Assembly: GCA_024280815.1 (NCBI GenBank)
Contig: JAJRPL010000222.1
Span: forward strand, 1 to 38,115
Length of the DNA: 38,115 nucleotides
From: Bacteroidota bacterium
GTDB lineage: Bacteria; Bacteroidota; Bacteroidia; Flavobacteriales; Flavobacteriaceae
Direction of reading: 5' to 3'
Shown here: piece by piece, positions 8,448 through 18,526 of the stretch
How the letters are laid out: each line of letters starts with the position of its first letter
Position numbering within the stretch: the first letter of the stretch is position 1
Position numbers and translations under genes: made by a program
The notes under the pieces: generated by a model
The model's input: the letters and a program-made list of their open reading frames with translations, nothing else
The model's database searches: none
What the model was told of the DNA's origin: nothing

Positions 8448-11036
8448 TTAATTCTTAATGATTTTATGATTAGATTGATAATCACCAGCTTCAAAATTAA
8501 GTGTATATATTCCCGAAGCATGATTTGATAAATCAATAGGATAAGTAAATACACCATCTTTTTTTTGTAGCTTCAAATCCTTAATTTGTCGACCGTCAAT
8601 AGAAAATATTTTGATAGATGCTTCTCCACTATAGGTAGAAGAAAATCTAAAATTAAAGAGACCTGAACTAGGGTTTGGGTAGATAGAACTCTTACTCTCA
8701 ATCAAAGTTGTTTTAGATACTGCTGATTTTGAGGCTGTAAAAGTAAAAGTTTTATTTGTCCAAGTTCCAGCTGAAGAAGTGTTATTATATAATACTGTCC
8801 AGTTAGACCCATTATTAGACCCTTCACATTTAAATCCTTTTAAATTACTCCAAGATTTTTTTTGAATATTAATTTTTGTAGGAGAAATTTTATTTAATCC
8901 AAAATCAAGCAATATATGTTTTGGAGTTTGATCTCCAATCCAAAGACCGTTAGGGCCGCTTAAATCACCATCGAAAGCTTTGTAACTATCACTTCCAAAA
9001 CTACCACTTACTGTTACTCCAGATCCTGAAGTGTTTGAACTAAGGTTTGTTTGAGGGTAATTGGTAGAGCCTGCTAGCCAGCTCAATTCTAACATTTTAT
9101 GATTAGAAGCATTGGTAACTGTATATTTTAAATATCTATAACCTGAGTCACCACCGCCACCGTTATTAGTTACTGTAATTGGTCTTTTAATTTTGTTGTG
9201 AATTTTATTTCTCCAATCACCATTTGAGGTTGTAATGATATTCTGATACATATAGTTGCTTCCTACAGGTATATTACTAGGGATGGTAAATGTTAAATCT
9301 ACCGTTCCAGAACCTACATTTACACTTTTTGAAGCACCAGCATACCATGTCCAAGGAGCTTTATCTAAATGTAAGGAGGTTTGTATAGAACGAGCAGAAG
9401 ATGCTTTATAAGCAACTGACACTGTTACAGTTTGTCCAGGTTTAATACTTGAAGAACTAGATATTGAAGTAATTTCGTCTGTACCTCCACTATTATTGCT
9501 TACCGTAATTGGTCTTTTAATTTTGTTGTGAATTTTACTTCTCCAATCACCATTTGAGGTTGTAATGATATTCTGATACATATAGTTGCTTCCTACAGGT
9601 ATATTACTAGGGATGGTAAATGTTAAATCTACCGTTCCAGAACCTGCATTTACACTTTTTGAAGCACCAGCATACCATGTCCAAGGAGCTTTATCTAAAT
9701 GTAAAGAGGTTTGTATAGAACGAGCAGAAGATGCTTTATAAGCAACTGACACTGTTACAGTTTGTCCAGGTTTAATACTTGAAGAACTAGATATTGAAGT
9801 AATTTCGTCTGTACCTCCACTATTATTGCTTACCGTAATTGGGAATTGATTTTTGTCATGTAATCTTTCGTTCCAGCCCCCATTAGTTTTAGTGATAATA
9901 GTTTGATACTGGTATTTAGTACCTAGAGGTGTACTGCTAGGTGCTGTAAAGGTCAAGTTTACAGTGCCAGAGCCAGTACTCACATTTTTAGAAGCACTCA
10001 CAATTTCAGTCCATGGAGCTTCACCTAATTGTAATGTTGTTTTTATTTTACGACTGGTAGATGCTTTGTACTTAACAGCTACAGTTACACTTTGACCTGG
10101 GTTAATCGTTGTAGGACCAGATGTAGAGATAATTTCGTCTGTACCACTACTATTGCCTTTTTCATAAATACGTAAATAATCAACTTCTAAAGTAGCAGGG
10201 AAAGCATTTTTATCATCAGCAGGGCCTGGCCATCCGCCTCCTGCAGCTAAATTAATAAGAACATTTGCAGGTTTTGAATCTCCCCAACCAGTACTAGGGT
10301 TGTTAATAGGATAAGATACCGTACGGATAAGATTATTGTCAAGATAAAATTTCACCTGAGTACTGGTCCATTCACATGCCCAGATATGATAACCTGAACT
10401 TAAAGAGCTTCCTTTAGCTGATCCAAATGCGTTGTCGCCACTGTTACTAAAGTGAACGTTATTATGATAAACTAAAGGTGTCCAGTTAGGAGCTAAACTG
10501 CTGTCATATTCGTTATTTACCACTTCTACAATATCAATTTCAGCTTTTGTCCCTCCCTTTTCTCTATACAACCAAAAAGCTGGCCATAAGGCTTTTCCAT
10601 CAGGAATTTTCATACGTGTTTCAAAATAATATGATTTTGAAGCCGTAGGTTTATAGGTGTTTTTAGACCGTAAACAGCCTGATGTAATTTCTCTGTTTGA
10701 ACCCCCTGGATAATCAGGCTTACCATTTCCATTGAGGTCATTGTTAAATCTGGCTATTATTTTTAAATGGTTTGAGGCAAAAGCATAGTTATTGCTAGTA
10801 AAGGCAGTATATTTTTGCCATTCTGCAGCGTTAGCCCAAGGGTTGTTAGGGTTTTTACTTCCCCAAAAAAGCCCCCAGTCGTAATTGTTTTGCAGGTCAG
10901 TTACATTTTTAATAGAGCCTGAAGTACCAAAGTTGTGATTTAAAACTGTGGTATAACCTGATGGGGCTTGAGCAGAAATATTACTACTCAAAAGAAAAAA
11001 TAATAATAATGTTGATACTTGTAATAATTTTTTCAT
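8448..11036 (-). CDS. Secreted multimodular GH16 glycoside hydrolase (signal peptide, GH16, three ~110-aa modules, F5/8-like module, T9SS CTD)
   Basis: LWPAFW, catalytic EIDIVE, NLAAGGGWPG, LEVDYLRIY. C-terminal IYPNPSSG...IFSIDGR...SGIY...KIIK is a Por secretion signal. Confidence 0.9.
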   Translation of the reverse strand: MKKLLQVSTLLLFFLLSSNISAQAPSGYTTVLNHNFGTSGSIKNVTDLQNNYDWGLFWGSKNPNNPWANAAEWQKYTAFTSNNYAFASNHLKIIARFNNDLNGNGKPDYPGGSNREITSGCLRSKNTYKPTASKSYYFETRMKIPDGKALWPAFWLYREKGGTKAEIDIVEVVNNEYDSSLAPNWTPLVYHNNVHFSNSGDNAFGSAKGSSLSSGYHIWACEWTSTQVKFYLDNNLIRTVSYPINNPSTGWGDSKPANVLINLAAGGGWPGPADDKNAFPATLEVDYLRIYEKGNSSGTDEIISTSGPTTINPGQSVTVAVKYKASTSRKIKTTLQLGEAPWTEIVSASKNVSTGSGTVNLTFTAPSSTPLGTKYQYQTIITKTNGGWNERLHDKNQFPITVSNNSGGTDEITSISSSSSIKPGQTVTVSVAYKASSARSIQTSLHLDKAPWTWYAGASKSVNAGSGTVDLTFTIPSNIPVGSNYMYQNIITTSNGDWRSKIHNKIKRPITVSNNSGGTDEITSISSSSSIKPGQTVTVSVAYKASSARSIQTSLHLDKAPWTWYAGASKSVNVGSGTVDLTFTIPSNIPVGSNYMYQNIITTSNGDWRNKIHNKIKRPITVTNNGGGGDSGYRYLKYTVTNASNHKMLELSWLAGSTNYPQTNLSSNTSGSGVTVSGSFGSDSYKAFDGDLSGPNGLWIGDQTPKHILLDFGLNKISPTKINIQKKSWSNLKGFKCEGSNNGSNWTVLYNNTSSAGTWTNKTFTFTASKSAVSKTTLIESKSSIYPNPSSGLFNFRFSSTYSGEASIKIFSIDGRQIKDLKLQKKDGVFTYPIDLSNHASGIYTLNFEAGDYQSNHKIIKN
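9181..10160. repeat. 330-bp intragenic tandem repeat (two near-identical copies plus one diverged copy)
   Basis: 9181-9510 and 9511-9840 differ at only 3 positions. A diverged third unit follows in the same register (aatttcgtctgtacc recurs at 9471, 9801, 10131). Confidence 0.95.
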
Positions 11037-11332
11037 AATGTTAAGATTTAATTAATATTAAAAAATTTATTCAGTTTAAATTTAAGCCATTGGGTCTTTT
11101 GTTTTAACTAAAAAAATAGGAGTTATTTAATCTTAATAATCTTAATGCAAAAAACTTACAACTTCATAAATGAAGTAATATGTGCATTTTTAAAGTTTAA
11201 TCAGGTAAGTAAAAAGGGATAAGATAAATAGATTTAGCTTTGATTTGAAGTTTGAGTAATGTTATAATCATGCGTTATATTTTTTAGTAAATATTAAAAT
11301 TTACAACCTATTTTATTAATAAGTTTTCAAAA

Positions 11333-11365
11333 TAAGTACACCTGAAAAGGTAAATACCCTATATA
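11333..11365 (-). repeat. 33-bp inverted repeat, left copy (candidate ECF-sigma promoter for the GH16 gene)
   Basis: TAAGTACACCTGAAAAGGTAAATACCCTATATA is the exact reverse complement of 12254-12286. Confidence 0.9.
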
Positions 11366-11556
11366 AAAAGAAATAAAAAATTAAATTCTATTTGTTTTGA
11401 CCTAAATTATTAACTTGAATAATCATAAAATTAGTTCTTAAAAAAATATACCAATATGTTTAATTTCTTGGCTGATTATAATTCTGTATAAACATTTTTT
11501 TACTAAACTATATCACATACACAAAAGGTGTGTAAATTTGAATCAGACAATAAAAA

Positions 11557-11588
11557 ATTTGTATATACAAGTTAATTTATTAAGTTTG
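11557..11588 (+). promoter_or_regulatory. ECF sigma gene promoter with overlapping operator (copy 2)
   Basis: ATTTGTATATACAAGT (11557-11572). The -33 TTG (11559-11561) lies in the operator, -7 TAAGTTTG at 11581-11588, 19-bp spacer. Confidence 0.82.
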
Positions 11589-11618
11589 TAATTCAAATAT
11601 TTATTTTTTTTGTATAGA

Positions 11619-12200
11619 ATGTCAAATTTTGAAGTAAAATCAACGGAGTATCAATTTAATCAGTTTAAAAAAGGAGACGAAAGAAGTTTTGAGTTTTTTT
11701 TTAAACGTGATTATAATTCTATTGTTGGTTTTTGCATGCATTTTTTGGGAGATATAGATAAATCAAAAAGTATAGCTCAAGATTCATTTATTAAACTTTG
11801 GCAAAATAAAGAGAAAGTAAATTCTTTTAATGGTATTAAGTCATTTCTTTATGTTGCAGCTAAAACGGGATGTCTTAATGTTTTAAGGCATGAAAAGATA
11901 GTTGCTAAATATAAAGACTCTAAGCTAAATAGATTAGAACATCAATTAAAATTAGATGTTTTAAGATCTGTCCAAGTCGATTCATTAATGTTGTCTGAAT
12001 TAGAAGAGTTGATTAAGACTTCAGTAGATGAATTGCCAGAAAAATGTAAAGATGTTTTTATAAAAAAAAGAATAGAGTTAAAGAAAAATAAAGAAATTGC
12101 AGAAGAACTTCATATTTCTGTCAAGGCAGTTGAAGCAAATATGACTAGAGCATTAAAGAAACTGAGAGTTAAGCTGTCAGTTTATATGGCAAGCTTCTAG
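11619..12200 (+). CDS. ECF RNA polymerase sigma factor (Bacteroidota FecI-like)
   Basis: QDSFIKLW region 2, LPEKCKDVF...KEIAEELHISVKAVE region 4, adjacent to fecR. ATG 11619 preferred over TTG 11610. Confidence 0.93.
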   Translation: MSNFEVKSTEYQFNQFKKGDERSFEFFFKRDYNSIVGFCMHFLGDIDKSKSIAQDSFIKLWQNKEKVNSFNGIKSFLYVAAKTGCLNVLRHEKIVAKYKDSKLNRLEHQLKLDVLRSVQVDSLMLSELEELIKTSVDELPEKCKDVFIKKRIELKKNKEIAEELHISVKAVEANMTRALKKLRVKLSVYMASF

Positions 12201-12253
12201 TTTTATATTATTATACCCCGCATTTAATATTCAAACAAATTATTCCAATCTAC

Positions 12254-12286
12254 TATATAGGGTATTTACCTTTTCAGGTGTACTTA
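12254..12286 (+). repeat. 33-bp inverted repeat, right copy (candidate ECF-sigma promoter for fecR-susC-susD)
   Basis: TATATAGGGTATTTACCTTTTCAGGTGTACTTA, ending 28 bp before the fecR ATG. Confidence 0.9.
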
Positions 12287-12314
12287 CTCTAGGATAGTTA
12301 CAATATACAATTAT

Positions 12315-13436
12315 ATGAACTATAAATTGATAGAGAAATATATTCAAGGAAAGGCAACTGAAGAGGAGGTTAAAGCTATTTTAAAAGCTACTTTAGAATC
12401 TCCAAAATTCAAAGCTGAATTGATGGAAAGAATCAAAATAAATGCCTTAACAAGTGAGCAGGAATTGGATTTTGATGAGTCATGGCTTACATTTAAAAAT
12501 AAGAAGAAGTCATTAAATAAAAAAAACAATATACAACTAGCATTAAGAATTGCCGCTGTTCTTGTTATTGCGTTGTTTGTTGGATCATACTTTTTCAACT
12601 CGAATGAGAATATAAATTATGAAGATAAAATAGTTCTTGAATTAAGTAATGGAACCAAAAAGATTATCAATACTTCAAACAGTTCAAAAATTGTAAATGC
12701 TGAGGGAGAGATTGTTGGTGAGCAAATTGACAGTAAAATTATTTTTTTAGATAGTGATATTAATGCTGGTGAGATTCAATATAACACATTAAGTGTGCCT
12801 TTTGGAAAAAGATTTCAGGTTGAATTTTCTGATGGATCTGTAGCGTATTTAAATTCAGGTACTAATATTAAGTTTCCAGTCCAATTTAAAGAAGGGAAAC
12901 CAAGAAAGGTCTTTCTTGATGGAGAGGCGTATTTTGATATTACTAAAGATAAAAAGCATTCATTTATTGTTAGCACGAATTCATTAAATACAAAAGTCTA
13001 CGGTACAAAATTTAACGTATCTTCTTATAAATCAGATGCGAAAAATGAAATTGTTTTGGTTGAAGGCAAAGTTGGTGTTTATAAAAACAGATCAACTTCT
13101 AATAATTCTAGTATGACTTATTTAAAGCCTAATCAAATGGCCTTTTTGAATAGTGAAGCATCAAAAATTAAGATAAGTAATGTTAACCCTAAAGATTATA
13201 CATCATGGATTAAAGGTGAATTGGTGTTTAACGATTTGCCTTTTTCAGATATTTTAAGAAAGTTAGAAAGACATTATAATGTAACAATAGACAATAAGTA
13301 TACTGCATTAAATAACATTCGTTTTACAGGTAATTTTGATATTGAATCTATTGATCAAGTATTAAAATCTTTTAGTAATTACAGAAAATTTAATTATAAA
13401 ATAAATAATAATCAAATTAGTATTAACTCAAATTAA
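12315..13436 (+). CDS. FecR-family anti-sigma factor
   Basis: Single TM (IAAVLVIALF), FSDGSVAYLNSG, LDGEAYFDI, VYGTKFNVSSY, VLVEGKV, SWIKGELVF, LERHYNV. Confidence 0.93.
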   Translation: MNYKLIEKYIQGKATEEEVKAILKATLESPKFKAELMERIKINALTSEQELDFDESWLTFKNKKKSLNKKNNIQLALRIAAVLVIALFVGSYFFNSNENINYEDKIVLELSNGTKKIINTSNSSKIVNAEGEIVGEQIDSKIIFLDSDINAGEIQYNTLSVPFGKRFQVEFSDGSVAYLNSGTNIKFPVQFKEGKPRKVFLDGEAYFDITKDKKHSFIVSTNSLNTKVYGTKFNVSSYKSDAKNEIVLVEGKVGVYKNRSTSNNSSMTYLKPNQMAFLNSEASKIKISNVNPKDYTSWIKGELVFNDLPFSDILRKLERHYNVTIDNKYTALNNIRFTGNFDIESIDQVLKSFSNYRKFNYKINNNQISINSN

Positions 13437-13480
13437 CCCCTTAAATATTATATGAAAAAAACAATCTTATAAACAAACCC

Positions 13481-13552
13481 AAAAAAAGCAGGAAATGCTA
13501 CGAACATTCCCTGCGACTAGTCATTTTAAAAATTTTAGTAACCTTTAAAATT
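13481..13552 (-). ncRNA. Putative cis-antisense sRNA to the susC leader (DonS-like arrangement)
   Basis: Minus-strand -7 element TATTTTTG (13557-13564) overlaps the susC ATG. Minus-strand terminator GCAGGGAAUG-7 nt-CAUUUCCUGC-U7 (13514-13481). The stem has a G.U pair on - that would be an A-C mismatch on +. Confidence 0.55.
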
Positions 13553-13563
13553 ATTACAAAAAT

Positions 13564-16500
13564 ATGATAAATAATTTAAATTTATCCGTAAAGTTAACAC
13601 CTATACTTAAATTAAGTTTAAAAATGAAACTAACTTTTATTTTAGTGTTTTTAAGTTTCCTAAATATAGGGGCTACAAGTATTTATTCTCAAAATACAAA
13701 ATTCACTTTAGATTTAAAAGATGTAACTGTTGAAGAAGTTTTTAACCAAATTAAAAACAATTCAGAGTTTAAGATTTTACATGCTACAGATGAAATTGAC
13801 CTTCAACGCTTAGTATCTATAAGCGTAAAACAACAAAGAGTTGAAATGATTCTCAAGCAATTGTTTTCTTCTACTCATATTACTTATAAGGTAGTTGACA
13901 AGCAAATTGTATTGAGTCTACAAAAAGAATCATCAATACCTATAGTATCTAAAAAAGTAGAAATGGATGGCCAAATTATGGCTGTACAAAACACAGTGAC
14001 AGGAACTGTTTCTGATGCTAATGGGCCTTTGCCTGGGGTGAATGTTGTTATTCAAGGTACTACTACAGGTACTACTACTGATTTTGATGGTAAATATAGT
14101 CTTGTTGCAGATAAAGGTAATATTCTTGTATTTTCATTTATAGGAATGGCTACTCAAACAGTTACAGTAGGAGATTCTAATACTATTGATGTTGTATTAG
14201 TCGAAAATGCTGATAGTTTAGAAGAAGTTGTTATTATCGGGTATGGTAAATCAGTTAAAAAATCTGATTTGACTGGAGCTGTTTCAGTGGTAGGTGTTAA
14301 AGATATAGAAAAAACACCTTTATTAAACGTTGATCAAGCCTTACAAGGTAGAGCTTCAGGAGTTAACCTTACACAAGCCTCTGGAGCACCAGGTGCGGGA
14401 TATAAAATTCGTGTTAGAGGTAGTAACTCTATTACGGGTAATAATGACCCGCTAGTTGTAGTAGATGGATTGATTGATGTAGGTATGAATTCTGTAAATC
14501 CTTCAGATATTCAATCTATATCTGTATTAAAAGATGCAAGTTCTACAGCAATTTATGGTAATAGAGGTGCGAATGGGGTAATTATTATTACAACTAAAAA
14601 AGGATCTGAAGGAAAATCAACAGTTGAATTTGGTTCTTATATAAGTTTCTCAAATCCAACAAATAAAATAGATTTATTAAGTCCTGCTGAATTTATACAA
14701 TTTGCTAATACAAAAAATGAAGGAGCAGGAGAAGGCCTTATAACTGAGTTTGATACACAAGAAAAAATAGATAATTTAATAGCTAATTCTGTCGATTATC
14801 AAGATGAACTGTATAGAAATGCAGTTGCTCAAAACTATCAATTATCATTTAGAGGAGGGTCAGAAAAGATGAGTTATTTTGTTTCTGGGAACTATTTAGA
14901 TCAAGAAGGACTGGCAATAAATTCAAACTTTAAAAGATATGCTTTAAGAGCTAATATCAATGCTGATATTTCAGACAAACTAAGTGTAGTTACTTCTGTT
15001 AATCTTCAAAGAACAAATGGAATGAATAACAACCCAAGGTTTGGAGAAAAATTAGGTATTGGTGCAGTAGGGTTTGACCCAGTAACACCAATTTTAGATG
15101 CAAATGGTAAATACAATAATATTACAAATGTTTTAGGTGGGGTACAAAGTTCTGTTATTATAAACCCAGTCTTTTTAGCAAAAGAATCAAGATTTGAATC
15201 TGTAGGAGATAGAGTACAGGCTAATCTTAGTTTAAATTATAAATTGGCTAAGAGTCTTGATTTTAATGTAAGTGGAGGTGTTAATAACGGCAAGTTTTTA
15301 AGAAATGACTTTAGCCCTGCAGGATCTGGAATTGGCTCACCTATAAGAGCTGCTCAAGGGAGTGTAAACCGTACACGATGGCAATATGCATTTAAACTTG
15401 CTTATGATAATACATTTAATGAAAAGCACAACTTATCTCTTACTGCAATTGCTGAAAATAGAGGTGAACAACAAAGAGGTTTTAATGCGACAGGCGTAGG
15501 GTTCTTTACTAATTTAGGTGCTTATAATTTAGGTGTTGCTGATACACAAACGATTGGTAGTAGTTTTTCAACACGCCAATTAAGATCCGTTATAGGTAGA
15601 GCTATTTATAATTATGATTCTAGATATTTGGTTACAGCATCTGTTAGACATGATCAAACTAGTGTTTTCCCAAAGAATCAGAAAGCTGTGTTCTCTTCTT
15701 TTGCATTGGGTTGGAATATCAATAATGAAGCTTTTTTTAATTCTTAAACTATTAGTTTGTTTAGACTTAGAGCTGGATGGGGGCAAACTGGTAATGAAAG
15801 AGTTCCATCTGATGCAGCACTTGATTTATTAAGAAATAACCCATGGATACCAAATGGAGGTGACGTAGGTACCCCAACTGTATTACCTGGAAGGAGACTT
15901 GCAAATCCAGATTTAACATGGGAGACTACAACACAAGCAAATGTTGGGTTTGATTTAGGAATTATCAATAATAAATTCAATTTGTCGTTTGAATATTATA
16001 TTAAAAATACTGAAGATTTATTACTTGCAAAAACAGTTGCAGGTTTTACAGGAAAACAATTTCAGATGGTGAATGCCGGAGAAGTTGAGAATAAAGGTAT
16101 TGATATTTCTCTATCTGGCACACCAGTTAGAACTGATAATTTTTCATGGGATTTTAATGTAAATTTCTCAAAAAACAAAAATAAAGTTCTTTCATTGGTT
16201 GATGGTTTAGATGAAATATTTCCTAATATCAGAATAGGTACTGGTAATGATTTAGCACCTTCTATTGTTAAAGTAGGTGAGCCTGTTGGTTCATTCTATG
16301 GTTTTGTTTATGAGGGCGTAGATGCAGCTACAGGTAATGCAATTTATGCAGATGAAAGGCAAATTATTGGAGATCCTAACACTGATTATACGTATGGTAT
16401 TAATAATACAATATCATATAAAGGAATTGATTTAAATTTCTTTATTCAAGGCGTTCAAGGCAATGATATTTTTAATGCTACACGTTCTCAATTAATTGGG

Positions 16501-16896
16501 CGTTCAGGTAGAATTCCGTTTGGTCTTTCTTCAGAGATTAGAAATACATGGACAGCAACCAATACATCAGCTCCACTTCCTTCATTGAATGCAAACAACA
16601 CTCAGTTGTTGTCTTCTGAATTTGTTGAAGATGGTTCTTTTTTAAGATTAAAGAATATTTCTTTAGGTTATACATTAAAAGATTCAAATGCGTTGAAATC
16701 TATTGGAGGTGAATCATTACGCTTTTATATAAGTGGACAAAACTTAATTACACTAACAGATTATTCGGGTATTGACCCAGAGATAAGTACAGGTAGTGGA
16801 TTTGATGGTAGTTTTAATGATGGTGCAGCTGGAATAGATACTGGTGCTTATCCAATATCAAAGACTTTTACTGTAGGTTTAAACTTTAAATTTTAA
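13564..16896 (+). pseudogene. susC: SusC/RagA TonB-dependent transporter with N-terminal signalling extension, interrupted by an in-frame TAA at 15745-15747
   Basis: STN-like N-terminus, GTTTDFDGKY, LEEVVIIGYG, VLKDASSTAIYGNRGANGVIIITTK, NPDLTWE, FLRLKNISLGY, terminal F. The two listed ORFs are in the same frame: NEAFFNS*TISLFRLRAGWG. Confidence 0.9.
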
Positions 16897-16907
16897 TATA
16901 AAATATA

Positions 16908-18344
16908 ATGAAAACAAAAAAAACAATACTAAACATCGTAAGTAAAGTTATATTTCTTTCTTTTCTTACTTTGTTTTTCGTTAAGTGTGATGATTTTGCT
17001 TCAGATACTGAAGGTGAGTTAATTGCTGATAATATTTTCAATAGTAAGTCTGCAGTAGAAACGGCTGTTTTAGGTGTATATTCACCACTGGCAGACAAAT
17101 TATTTTCAAATAGTGAAGCTTATACACATTTATGGGCAGCTGATGATAGAACTGCAGTTACAGGATCTAACAAGGCAGAGTTTTTGGAGTACGATCAATT
17201 AACGCCATTGAATACCAATGCGAAGATGGAGCGTACTTGGGCTTTGTTATGGGAAATGGTTGGTGCTGCAAATACGGTTATAGATGCCACAGAAGAAATT
17301 AAAGAGGTGTATAGAAAAGAAGGTGATGAAGAAGAGGCATTAAGACCATTAGGAGAAGTTCATTATCTAAGAGCAATGGCTTATTTTGAATTGGTAAGAA
17401 CTTGGGGAGAAGTACCGCTACTTTCATCTCAAAAAGATGTTACAGGGCTTGAGCCATTAGCATCGTTTCAAGACATTTATAGTCTAATTATTGCAGATTT
17501 AATTTTTGCAAAAGAAGGATTAGGTAATAATTCAGTTAATGGTGTATATAGAGCTAATAAATGGATGGCACAATCCTTATTGGCAAATGTATATTTAACA
17601 ACGGCAGGATTTCCATTAAAAAACACTGCCAATTATGCATTAGCTGCTGCTGAAGCAAAAGAAGTTATGGATGTAGGAGTTTATAGCTTAGAAAATGAAT
17701 TTTCTGGTGTAATGGGTAATCCAGAGAACAATCTGGGTAATGACGGTAATACAGAAGCTATTATTGCATTTCCAGCTAATAAAATTTTAGATGGTTGGAA
17801 TGCTGGTAATTATCAAGCTGAAGCTATAGCTTTTGGTGATAAAACTGTAGAGTTTGCATTTTTTAATAACTTCCCAGCTGGTAAACGTAAAGATTTTACG
17901 TTTAACACACCTCCAGGCAAAAGACCAAAATATTCTAAGTTCGGTCCAGCTTGGGCAGGTGGACCAGCTTTTGATGATGATATATTGTATATGAGATATG
18001 CTGAATTACTATTGATTTATGCTGAAGCTCAAATTCAAGCAACTGGTAATAATGCAGATGCTGACGCTTTAGCTGCATTAAATAGAGTAAAAGCTAGAGC
18101 AGGTTTACCTACTGTACCTTCTGCGACATGGCAAGATGTTGTTTGGGAAAAAGCTTGGGAAACTGCAGGAGAGTTTACAAGATGGTATGATATTGTTCGT
18201 ACAGAAACCTTAGATGAGGTAAATGCATTGAGAGATGCAAAAGACAATGAATTAACTCCTTTAGGAAATGGATTAACAGAAGCAAATCCTTGGGCACTAA
18301 TTCCAGCAAATGATGTTGCTGCTAACCCAAATTTAGCTAAATAA
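16908..18344 (+). CDS. susD: SusD/RagB glycan-binding lipoprotein
   Basis: Lipoprotein signal (FFVKC), GEVHYLRAMAYFELVRTWGEVP, MRYAELLLIYAEA, LNRVKARAG, GEFTRWYDIVR. Confidence 0.94.
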   Translation: MKTKKTILNIVSKVIFLSFLTLFFVKCDDFASDTEGELIADNIFNSKSAVETAVLGVYSPLADKLFSNSEAYTHLWAADDRTAVTGSNKAEFLEYDQLTPLNTNAKMERTWALLWEMVGAANTVIDATEEIKEVYRKEGDEEEALRPLGEVHYLRAMAYFELVRTWGEVPLLSSQKDVTGLEPLASFQDIYSLIIADLIFAKEGLGNNSVNGVYRANKWMAQSLLANVYLTTAGFPLKNTANYALAAAEAKEVMDVGVYSLENEFSGVMGNPENNLGNDGNTEAIIAFPANKILDGWNAGNYQAEAIAFGDKTVEFAFFNNFPAGKRKDFTFNTPPGKRPKYSKFGPAWAGGPAFDDDILYMRYAELLLIYAEAQIQATGNNADADALAALNRVKARAGLPTVPSATWQDVVWEKAWETAGEFTRWYDIVRTETLDEVNALRDAKDNELTPLGNGLTEANPWALIPANDVAANPNLAK

Positions 18345-18401
18345 TAATATAAATTTGAGTTAGATCAATTAATCAGTTTTTAATACTGATACTATTTTTA
18401 A

Positions 18402-18439
18402 GGTACAGTCGAGAGTTTTTCATAACTCTCGACTGTACC
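18402..18439 (+). terminator. Strong 16-bp stem-loop after susD (terminator or mRNA stabiliser)
   Basis: GGTACAGTCGAGAGTT-tttcat-AACTCTCGACTGTACC, followed by only a short U tract. Confidence 0.75.
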
Positions 18440-18526
18440 CTTTACAAATAAGCATACTTAATTTATGAAGTGCTTAAAAAAATATAATTTAGTTTTTATA
18501 TTCTAAAAACTGAACTTCTCCATTTA

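Noticed and set aside
9181-9840. Long direct repeat as a CRISPR array or mobile element
   Set aside because: In-frame 330-bp coding units with no repeat-spacer structure. No cas genes or CRISPR array seen in the window.
11197-11271. 24-codon minus-strand ORF (MIITLLKLQIKAK...) in the long GH16 leader
   Set aside because: No recognisable features and expected by chance in AT-rich DNA. Would need ribosome profiling.
15745-15747. Stop-codon reassignment or recoding
   Set aside because: TAA is the normal stop for most genes here, and no other gene has an internal in-frame stop.
15614-15832. 72-aa ORF bridging the susC break, suggesting a programmed frameshift
   Set aside because: The two susC halves are already in the same frame, so the lesion is a nonsense codon. 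The bridging ORF has no SusC-like sequence.
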